A stretch of DNA of 64,000 nucleotides, from the NCBI GenBank assembly GCA_001179505.1, contig CDMY01000499.1:62001-126000 (forward strand), given 5' to 3'. The first letter of the stretch is position 1; each line of letters begins with the position of its first letter. This document shows positions 40,807 to 51,516 of this stretch, in pieces. The notes below the pieces were generated by a model that saw only the letters and a list, made by a program, of their open reading frames with translations, had not been told where the DNA came from and ran no database searches. The position numbers were made by a program, and so were the translations under genes. Source of the stretch: Vitrella brassicaformis CCMP3155. Taxonomy: Eukaryota; Protista; Chromerida.

Positions 40807-43800
40807 CTACTCTTGGTGCGGGAAGAGGATGTCGGCGGCCTCGCTCGTGCCCAGCAGCAGCTCACACGACCTCTTCAGCTCGTCCACAATCGCCGCTCTG
40901 GCTCGGCTGCTCCTCGTCAGGGGCACGCACATCGCCATGAGGGAGAGGTCCGATATGTCATGAGACCGCAGCGACCGCGAGTGGTCGATCGCCTCACGCA
41001 TGGCCCTGGCGCCCTCCTCCTCCCGAAAAGTCTCGTAGAAGATGAAGAGACGCAGGGCATGCAGCCTCGATATCATGAGGGTGTCGATGTTCAGCCCCCG
41101 CACCCTCTGCAGCATCTCGTCCACCTCGCGCAGGTCGCTCGCTTTTCGCCAGCTCTTGGAGTTCAGCCGCTGCTCCACTTGCTCGATGACCGACAGGGCG
41201 TGGGGGCTGTACTGGGGCTCGGGCAGCTGATAGTGGCGTGCTATCGCCCTCTCTTCGGACGGGCTGCGATCGAGCTGGTCCCAGTAGGAGACGGTGACCT
41301 CGTTACCGCGGGCGATGGGGCGGACGGCACGAACAATCAGGAGGTCTTCAACACAATACCTGCGCGCATAAGGCAGAACATATGAGCCTGAGCCGTCTCG
41401 ACAGTATCTTCTGGTGAGCGCGCGGCTTACCAGATGGCATTGCGCTTCATGCCGGCGTGGTTCAACAGCGATGGCAAAGGCCACACACCCCCTGCAGGAC
41501 AACACCAAGGGCATACGCACATGAAAAGCCATCCACCCCATCCATCCATCCATCCATTCTTCGTGTGACATTGTATCACCTGACATGAGCATCGGAGGAA
41601 GCGAGCCCTGGATGGAGGTCTCAATGATATCGTCAGGGGTGCGGATGTTGAAGTCCAGCAATCGGCGGAGGTGGCCAGGGTCGCTGTCCATCTGTGCCAC
41701 AGGCGGACCGAACTCCTCCCCGTTGGGAGAGCCCACTACTCGCGGCAGCAGCGGAAACTCCACAGTCAGCCCGAGACACGTCTCGGGGGCGGGAGCGGCC
41801 CTTCTGATGGACTTCCTGTGGGCCATCACCGTGACGGCCGACGGCTGTCCCCTGCCGGGCGGCAGACAGCACAGCTGAGAGACCAGCCGAGGGTGCCAAA
41901 CGTCACACTGCGAGGCCAGCCGTGCCACCAGCCGCTCGTCGAATCGCCCACTGTCTTGCGACGATGCCCGCTCCACCACGACGGCCTTCTGAACGGTCAG
42001 CAGCTGCCCCACCCGGACATTTGCTGTGGCAATGAGGGCCGGCTGGCTGTCGGGGGCGGGGGGACTGAAACCGACTGGCCCGACGTACTCAGCCACGTCG
42101 ATGGGCGTGGTCCTGCCGAGCTGTCTGTTCTGGGCACTGCCCATTGCTTGTCGGTAGATGGCCGCCCAGTCATAGTTGCCGGTGGCGTTGGCCGCATGGG
42201 TGCGGATGCGCCGCTGCAGTGTGGTGATGTCTGCCGCCATCTGACCCTCCAGCTCCTGGCAGACACACACATACAGGCACACCACTTTCCCCTCTCTGTC
42301 TCACGAGTGTCCCATTGCCAGCTTACGTGATTGGTCAGCGCCTGGACGACGGCATCGGCCGCGTCGAAGAGCCGCTCCGCCAGCAGCCCCTGGCCCAGCC
42401 GAATGAGGGTCTTCTGCTGGATGACACTCAGCTGCTGGCAGGGCCCCTTTAGGCAGCTCAGATGAAATGCCGCGGTGGCACAGCCGACGGCGTCCGGCCC
42501 TCCCTCCTTGATGAGCTTCGGCTGGAGCAGACACGCAGCCGCGTTGCTCAGCAGTGCCACGAGGGNNNNNNNNNNNNNNNNNNNNNNNNNNNNNNNNNNN
42601 NNNNNNNNNNNNNNNNNNNNNNNNNNNNNNNNNNNNNNNNNNNNNNNNNNNNNNNNNNNNNNNNNNNNNNNNNNNNNNNNNNNNNNNNNNNNNNNNNNNN
42701 NNNNNNNNNNNNNNNNNNNNNNNNNNNNNNNNNNNNNNNNNNNNNNNNNNNNNNNNNNNNNNNNNNNNNNNNNNNNNNNNNNNNNNNNNNNNNNNNNNNN
42801 NNNNNNNNNNNNNNNNNNNNNNNNNNNNNNNNNNNNNNNNNNNNNNNNNNNNNNNNNNNNNNNNNTGCCACGAGGGTCGACACGTCAGCGGCCGCCAAAC
42901 CAGCGGTGAAGACGTCACGCGCATCGGCAAATCTCTCGCCGTCCTGCAGCTGCTCTCCCTCCGTCAACGCATCCGTCACTTGCTGCGGTGCGTCGACGAC
43001 CGGCTGGTCTGTCGAGCACAGCTGCGTCATGGCGTCCGTCATGAGTGCCGCGATCGCTCCTTTCGATGGCAGATCGACGTCTTGGTCATCATCGTTGTAA
43101 GCTGCACCGGTGAGCTGCGCGATGAGGGGCTTGTAGACAATCTCAGCAGTGTGCTGGAGGATGGCATACTTGGTGCCTGGCTCGATGGAGTGTGGGGGCG
43201 GGAGGATGCGGAGGGCGGTGGTGACGTCGATGAAGGCAGCGAGGTAGCTGTCGAGCACAATCAGGCACTGGGAGCGGCGAATGAGCAGCTCAGCAATGGT
43301 CTCACGCTCCATGCGGATGCCCTGACACCATAAAGAGAGACAACAGCAGGAAGCCGTGTACATCGACGGCTCAGACGTGACAGTTATTGTGTGTGTGGGC
43401 CACCTTGAGATACGAGCGGTAGGCGTCGAGATACTTGTCGGCCTTGAACAGAGCATTGCCAGCGCTCTTCCATCTCTCGGCAGTGGACGGCACAGACGCA
43501 GAGGCAGATGAGCTCGCAGCAGCAGAGGCCGGAGGAGCAGCACTCCTGCGAAGAGAAAAGCAGCCACAGACAGCGATATAAGACGTCAGAATGATGGTGG
43601 CGCTGTGCATCACGTCGATCGAGTGTGTCTGGCACACGTGTCGGCATTTGACGAAGAGGGCTGCTGAGGACCTTTATCGAGCTGAGCTGACGACGGACTG
43701 CATACACCACAGACAGAGCACGTTATACGACGTTCGTTCATGAGCCCCCACCGTCGTCTTCCTCACCTGGCGGATGCAGCATTGGACGACCGTCTCTCTG

Positions 43801-45039
43801 AGCGCATCTCTCGCTGCGCGTCAATCACGAGGCTCCGGAGGAAGCGCTGATGAGGGCCGGCTGTGGGCATCTGGTCGATGGAAGCGCCATGCTCTAGCAG
43901 CACGCGGACGACGCGCCTCTGCCGTCTGATGGCTTCTTCCGGCGCCCCATCACTAAGCTGCTTACTGAGCAGGGTCCCAGCTGCCATCAGCAGAGACCGC
44001 CCGTTGGCCTGCGTCGATCCCAGACGCTCACACAGCCACTCCACCACTACCGGCGTGGCATTTAATGCCGCGCACTGAAGTGGCGTCATACCGTCCTCGT
44101 TGACCGCATTGAGGTCAGCACCGAAGTCGACCACCAGCTTCAGATATCGGCGCACAAATCTAGCCGACAGCATCGTTGCGGCCTCGTCACTCAGGGCCAT
44201 GCTGTGCAGAACAGTCCCATGACCCTGAAGCTGCTCGCCATGCCTCCCGGTGCGGTAGGACAGGATCCGCTCTGTCGCCAGTGTCCGGTCGTGTGTGAGC
44301 ATGCGGTGGTAGACATCGAGCAGGGCGTCCTCGTACTCGCGACTCGGCTCGTCTGGGAAGGCGCCTGGGAGCACCAGCGCACCAACGCCTCTATGCGCAC
44401 CATGGCGGATCAGCACCTCAGCTGCTGCCACATTGGCATATGCAGTGGCGACTCTGATGGGCCGGACGGGGGGCGTAACACGGATGTGGTCCAATGTCTC
44501 GTTCACATCTGCTCCAGCTTCGATGAGGGCCTCGAGCACGGCTGCTTGGAGCTCGCGAGAGGGCCACCGAGGGAGGTGAAGCGTGTGCACAGCAGACTGG
44601 AGTTCGCCTCGGCGGCTGCCGAATCGCCAAAAAGGCACAGCGCTGTTGGTTGGGTCGTCAATGGCGTAGAAGAGCACCGGCACCGCCGAGAGTGGTCCCG
44701 CACCAATCACCCTCAGCGCGACTCCCACTGTGGCATCAGCCTCATCGTCACCTTCACCGCCACCTCCACACAGACGAGTGACATCACCAGCCGAATTGAA
44801 GGTCCGACACATGACTCCACACACGAGTTGTCGGCTGCGAGTGAGGCCTCGGCTGTCACACTCCAGCGCCATGACGGCGAGCCCCTGCGGCTCCAGCAGC
44901 TCCCTCAAACCGCTCTCGCATGGAAGCTCCTCCCCCCACTGCGCAGGCGCAGACGAAAAACACACACACGTAAGGTGGGATGCAATCACTCGCGCACATT
45001 TTCCAGCTGTTTCCTTTCGCTCCGCACCTGACTAGCCAT
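40807..45039 (-). CDS. Ankyrin-TPR-SET domain protein, copy A (SMYD-like methyltransferase fold)
   Basis: The 12-nt first exon MASQ (45039-45028) is followed by the ANK exon 44938 to about 43770 and a linker exon. Then come TPR segments (AERWKSAGNALFKADKYLDAYRSYLK; LLSNAAACLL) and SET motifs GVWPLPSLLNHAGMKRNAIW and LLIVRAVRPIARGNEVTVSYWD. All junctions checked between the ANK and TPR parts are in frame. Confidence 0.85.
42566..42865. other. Assembly gap (300 N), probably spurious
   Basis: Both flanks share the 11-mer TGCCACGAGGG. Confidence 1.
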
Positions 45040-45221
45040 CAGTTCTGACGTGCGTCAAGAACCTCGCCAAACACTGTAGCCAGAAACAACGAGTCGCGTA
45101 TCAAAGCAACGGAGGCCTTTTCCGCTGTCACCTGCTAGACGACGGCGATAAGACTGCTAGCGGGCGTGAAGAGGCAGCCGCCACCCGACGTCCTCCAGAT
45201 AAGTCAGACGTCGACAACAAC

Positions 45222-45352
45222 TGCACACCAGAGAGACAAAGACAGAGAGTTCTTCCGCAGGTATCGCCTTTTCTCCTTGGTGTTGCCTTCGGTGCAGTGG
45301 CTGACCTGTGTAAGCCGTCCTAGAAGCCCTCGAGGTCACGGCTTCGCCTCAG
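45222..45352 (-). promoter_or_regulatory. Putative 5' UTR exon/intron of gene A, homologous to that of gene C
   Basis: ACACAG|GTCAGCCA donor near 45305 and TGTGCAG acceptor near 45222. The 29 bp at 45283-45311 match 54260-54288 at 26 of 29 positions. Confidence 0.55.
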
Positions 45353-46206
45353 ATCTACCACAAATTCGGCGTCAGAGTTGGTTCTACGACAATCACAGAT
45401 CAAAGATACCTTCACTGCCAACGAGCAACCTGGTAGCGAAAGCGCCGAGGCTGAGCCGTTCGACGAACGCGAGCTTTTCTGCCGATCGGAATGCCGACAA
45501 AACCGCGTGCATGAGACTAGGGATGGGCCTGCGGTTCGCATTCGCTGCACCACGACGTGACGGCGTTGAAAAATGAGGAATAGATCTATCAGCTGACGAC
45601 GGAACAACGCAGTGGTGCATGCCCGCTGTGACTTTCATAGTAGGTTTCTGTCTTGGTTCATGGGTGCGTCAGTGATCGCACCTTCTTTTCCATGCTGGTG
45701 TTCCCATCCAATCTCTGGCAGGGGGAAGGCATTCTTCGATTCGATTCGTATGCAACGTCCGCACACCACAACGAGTCACACGTCCATCCACTCGCACAAA
45801 CACAGAGGGAGAGAGCAAAAGAGAGAAAAGGCAGTCGATATTCTCTCTGCTGGCAACAAACAGGAGAGAGTGGAAGGGGCAGAAGTCGCCTCACTCAGCC
45901 AGTCGTCCACCCCATCGTCTGTGTCTGTCTACGTCCATCTGCCCACTACAGCGAACGTCTCGCACGATGTCGGCAAATCCTACAGGGAAACAAACGTACA
46001 CACACACATGAAAGCCGACGTGTGTGTGGTCTGCACAGACGTGGGATGTCTGTCTGCCTGACTGCGTCTTCAAGTGGAGCGAAGAGAAGACAGGCATCTC
46101 ATGTGTGTGGATGGATGGATGTGGAGGCCCATCGATACAAAAAATGGCGAGAGAGAGAGAGAGAGAGAGACAGCCATCCACCCAGCCATCCGGGTGTCAT
46201 CGGCAC

Positions 46207-46248
46207 AATGGAGGACCCAGAAGAAGGAATGGAGGACCCAGAAGAAGG
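46207..46248 (+). repeat. 21-bp perfect tandem duplication
   Basis: AATGGAGGACCCAGAAGAAGG occurs twice. Confidence 0.9.
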
Positions 46249-47324
46249 TCATCCACACATCCATCCACATCCACCCCTCCATATGACACTGACTGCTCAG
46301 ACATAACACAGGCAGTGAGAGCCAAAAGGGGCTCGTGTGTGTGTGTGTGTGTGTGTGTCAGTGCGTCGGGGTCACCACACACGCACGCACGCAGGGAGGC
46401 AGGCAGCAAGGTGGGCCGGTCAAAAACCACGCACATCCATCTGATGGCGGGCACTCAGGCAAACAAGTGCACAAACAGGGCAATGTGGATGCAGCGGGCG
46501 GCAGTGAATGACCTCCATCCATCCATCCATCCATTGCCCTCCCCATCCCAGCTTTGTTGTATAGCTAGCGAAGCCTTTTGGTGCAGACCAAGGGCCACAC
46601 ATACCGATATATACAGATACCCATAGGACAAATACACACACACATGGATGAATGGAACACAAGAGGAGACAGAATCGATGAGGAAGAACATACGGTACTC
46701 TACGTCAGGCCATCTTGGTGCCTGGCTGGCTTCGCCCCTCCTTCCATACAGTGAGATGCTGCCGTTCAGGCAAGCCGCCACTTGGACAGAGAGGGAGAGG
46801 GAGAGAGAGGGAGCCATCGCTCGACTCTGTGCCGGCCACAAGAAAAAGCAAGGGGCTTACAAGCATCGTGTGTCCCTCCAGCCGATAGATCTATAGCTAG
46901 ATAAAGAGAGAGATATGCAAGTGTACACACACACGTGTTCGTCGGTTGGCCCGTCACGACACCTTCAGCGGCGCCCCGGCTTGCTTGCCATGTGATCGTT
47001 GTTGAGCCGCATCCATGAGGCTCAGACGAGGCACACATGGCGGGCCAGCGCGCGACGGATGAGTCAGTCAGTGACGTCAGACACAGCTGTACACACCAAT
47101 GAGTACGAACACTTGACGCACACGAACACCACGCACACACTCACACTCACACACACGCACGCACTCCCCTGCCCTGCCCGATCCGAGGGCGAGAAAGGAA
47201 GGCACCTCTCACACACATCCACACATACGTCCATCCATCCATCGATCCACGAGTGCATGGTGCGGTGGCAGTGTTTGTGTGTGCGATAGAGGCGAGCTGT
47301 GCCCGTCTGTCTGTCAGTCTGTCA

Positions 47325-47355
<31 letters not shown>

Positions 47356-47360
47356 AACCA

Positions 47361-50300
47361 TCATCTACTCGACGACAAGCGCGGGCAGAGGATGTGGAAC
47401 GCCTCGGCCGTCCCGAAGATGACCTCACAGGACTTTTTGATTTCGGTCAGCGCCTCCTCCCGGTCGCTGGCCGAAATCAAAAGGTCCTGTGGAGAGGAGA
47501 GTACTACTGCCAGCTGGCCGATGTCATGGATATCGTAGGATAGCAGTGCACGAGAGGTGGCGACCGACTCGCGAGTCGCCGCCACCGCCTCCGTCACTCG
47601 CCCCGCCGCGAACAGACAGGGCGACCGATATGCCAGCAGCTTCGCGACCAAGATGGTGCGGACATTCAGGCGGCGCACTTGCTGCAGCATCTCGTCCACC
47701 TCACGCAAGGTCTCCTCTCCTGGGTCGGGCTTCTCCTGCATCATCTGCAGCCGCTTCTCCACCTGCTCGATGACCTTCACCGTAAGTGGGCTGTAGGGGT
47801 TGGGCGAATCGGGAAGGTCGAAGCGCCTCGCCAGCAACCTCTCGGCAGCCAGGGTGGTGAAGAGTGGGTCCCAGTAGGAGACGGTGACCTCGTTGCCGCG
47901 GGCGATCGGCCGGACAGCACGGACGACAATCAAATCCCCCTCCTCGAGGATATACCTGCGCGCATCAGGCAGCACAAATGAGCCTGAGCCGTCTCGACAG
48001 TGCCATTCGCGTGGGCCTGGGGCTTACCAGATGGCATTGCGGCTCAGTCCGCCGTGGCTCAATAGCGATGCCAACGGCCACACACCCCCTGCATAGCAAA
48101 GTCATTTCAAACACAGTCCTCTGTCGGCAGCTCTCATTGTTTGTTTCTCACTTGACGCTTTCAGACAGGCGACACCCATGCCTCGCAGGGAATTCTCGGC
48201 GCCGATGTCATAAGCAATGTGGGTCTTGAAGTCCAGTAATCGGCGGAGGTGGTCAGGGGCGCTGTCGATCTGTGTCACGGGAGGACCGAACTCCTCCCCG
48301 GTGGCCGACCATATGAACCGCGGCACCAGGGGAAAGTAGGCTGGAGGCAGCTCTAGACATGTCTCGGGGGCTGGAGGCCCCCCTATGGCGGACGGCTGTC
48401 CCCTGCTGGGCGGCAGACAGCACAGCTGAGAGACCAGCCGAGGGTGCCAAACGTCACACTGCGAGGCCAGCCGTGCCACCAGCCGCTCGTCGAATCGCCC
48501 ACTGTCTTGCGACGATGCCCGCTCCACCACGACGGGCCTCTGGACAATAAGGAGCTGCCCCGGCTGGACATCCTGTGTGGCGACGACGCTCGGCTGGCTG
48601 TCGGGGGCGGGGGGACTGAAACCGACTGGCCCGACGTACTCGCCAACGTCGATGAGCGTGGTCCTGCCGAGCTGTCTGTTCTGCGCACTGCCCATTGCTT
48701 GTCGGTAGATGGCCGCCCAGTCATAGTCGCCCCGAGCGTTGGCCGCGTGGGTGCGGATGCGCCGCTGCAGCGTGGTGACATCTGCCGCCATCTGACCCTC
48801 CAGACCCTGACGGACACACACACAGGGGTCATCTGACTCCCCTTTCTGTCTCATGAGTGTCCCATTGCCAGCTTACGTGATTGGTCAGCGCCTGGACGAC
48901 GGCATCGGCAGCGTCGAACAGCCGCTCCGCCAGCAGCCCCTGGCCCAGCCGAATCAGCGTCTTCTGCTGGATGGCACTCAGCTGCTGGCAGGGCCCCTTT
49001 AGGCAGCTCAGATGAAATGCGGCGGCCGCACAGCCGACGGCGTCCGGCCCTCCCTCCTTGACGAGCTTCGGCTGGAGCAGACACGCAGCCGCATTGCTCA
49101 GCAGTGCCACCAGGGTCGACACGTCAGCGGCCGCCAGACCAGCGGTGAAGACGCCACGCGCATCGGCGTAGCTCTCGACACCCTGCAGCGCCGCGCCCTC
49201 CGTGAGCGCATCCGTCACTTGCTGCGGTGCCTGGACGACCGGCCGATCTGTCGAGCAGAGCTGCACCATGGCGTCCGTCATGAGTGCCGCGATCGCTCCT
49301 TTCGATGGCAGATCGACGTCCTGGTCATCATCGTTGTAAGCTGCACCGGTGAGCTGCGCGATGAGGGGCTTGTAGACAATCATGGCGATCTCCTGGAGGA
49401 TGGCATACTTGGTGCCTGGCTCGATGGAGTGTGGGGGCAGGAGGATGCGCAGGGCGGCCGTGACGTCGATGAAGGCACTGAGGTAGCTCTCCAGCCCGAT
49501 GAGGCACTGGGAGCGGCGAATGAGCAGCTCAGCGAGGTACTCACGCTCCGCTCGGATGCCCTGACACCACACAGACATCACAGCAGGAAGCCGTGTGCAT
49601 CGACGGGGCAGATGTGACAGTTATTGTGTGCGTGGGCCACCTTGAGATACGAGCGGTAAGCGTCGAGATACTTGTCGGCCAAAAACAGAGCATTGCCAGT
49701 GCTCTTCCATCTCTCGGCAGTGGACGGCACAGACGCAGAGGCACTCGCAGCAGGTGCTGCAGCAGCAGCACTCCTGCAAACAGGAGAGCAGCCACAGACA
49801 GTGATATACGACGTCAGAATGATGGTGGCGCTGTCCATCGTCTCAATCGAGTGTGTACGGCTCACGTGTCGGCACTTGACGAAGAGGGCTGACGGGCGTC
49901 CTCGTCGATCGGAGCACCTGACCGGCTGCACACACCACGGCCATAGAGAGCAACCAGTGAGGCATTCGTCAGCCGCCAGTATGGATCTTGTCTACTTACC
50001 TTGTGGATGGAGCAGTGGAGGGCACTGACGGCCCACTCGGGTCAGAGCCACCCGCACCCTTCGCCGCAGACTGCTGCATCCCTTGCTGGATCTCCAGCAC
50101 TAGGTTGCGCGCGTATTGCCAGCTGGAGTTGTCATTGGGCAGGAGGCCGATGTCCGCACCATATCGCAACAGCGTGCGGATGATCTGCCTCTGCCGGTCG
50201 ATCTTCTCGGGTGGGGTTCCCTCTTCGCTGAGCTGCTCCGCGAGGCGATGCGCCGCCGCACCCAGTGCCGTCCTCACCAGAGCCTCAGCACTGTTGTCCT

Positions 50301-51512
50301 CGCTGTTGATCTCGTCGGGCCCGAGCCGCTGACACAGCCACTCGACCACTGGGGGGCCACCAAAGTACGCAGCCATTCTGAGGGGCGAGTTCCCATCATC
50401 GGTTCTGGCATCGAGGGAGGCACCATTGGCCGCCAGCAAGTCGAGATAGCCGCGCATGAAGGCTGCCGACAAGCCGGGCGGGGCCTGAGAGGCACGGTGC
50501 ATGGCCGTGAACCCAGAGAAGCGGCCGCTCGCCAGTGTCGGTTCGTACTCGAACAGCCGACGATAGACTTCGAGCAGGGCTGTCTCGTATGCAGGCGTGG
50601 GATGTGACGGCGCTGCATTTCTGGGGACGAAGCTAATCGCCAGGGCCGAGGATATTCTTCTCGCCCCATCCGACGTCTTGACCAGCGGGGCACCATCCCC
50701 TTCATCCCGCACAGCCGCCCCACTCTCGAGCAGCACCTCGGTCGCCGTGACGTTGGCCATCATGTGGGCCACATTGAGGGGACGGAGGTATGGCGCGCCC
50801 TCATTCACGTCAGCACCGCACTTGACGAGCGCCTCCAGGACATCACGCTGCACTCGGCGAGAGGGCCAGGTGGGGAGCTTGAGGTGCTGGGTCACAGCCG
50901 ACCAGAGGGCAGGATGGCTGTCGAACTCGTCGTCCACTGCGAGCCACAGCACACTCACACGGGCTGGCCGGAGGAGCTGGATCAGTTGCTTCCCTTCACC
51001 GTTCAGAACCGTCACTGGCTGCCTGCTGAATCTGATAGCTGTCTGGGCATCAGCCCCTCTCTCACGACACAGCCGCCATACCTCGCCACCTGTGAGGGTG
51101 CGGCACATGGTCCGACACAGCAGCTCTCGAGATCCATCGGTACTGGTGGCCGTGGGTGCCTCGCAATAGATGTCGAACCTCGCCAGAGAGAAACCTTGCT
51201 GCCCCAACAGACTCTCCACTTGCTCCAAATGAGAAGCGCCGACCCCATTCTGAGCCGCCTGATTATATGGACAGTGAATCGATCCCACATACACACTGAG
51301 TCTCATTCTTCGCAGATCGCGTACCCCCTTGCTGCCTCGTCGCTTCAGGTTTGTCGAGGCCCCAGCAGCGTCAGACGGACGTGTATCCCCGACTTGCGCA
51401 CTGACAATAAGCGAAAACAATAAGGCAATTCCCCCGTTGTTTGTGATTGTGGCGTGTGATTGTGGCGCGTGGCTTACAGAAAGGGCCCGGCAGATGATGA
51501 TGAGGATGCCAT
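47361..51512 (-). CDS. Ankyrin-TPR-SET domain protein, copy B
   Basis: First exon MASSSSSAGPF(L) (51512-51478, GTAAGC donor), ANK exon 51400 to about 50001, then TPR/SET exons closely matching copy A. SET motifs GVWPLASLLSHGGLSRNAIW and DLIVVRAVRPIARGNEVTVSYWD. Confidence 0.85.
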
Positions 51513-51516
51513 GGTG

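Noticed and set aside
45600-47300. Possible small gene (e.g. minus-strand VAACLNGSISLY, WD40-like) between the two ANK-TPR-SET genes
   Set aside because: I could not build a consistent exon chain, and the region is dominated by microsatellites.
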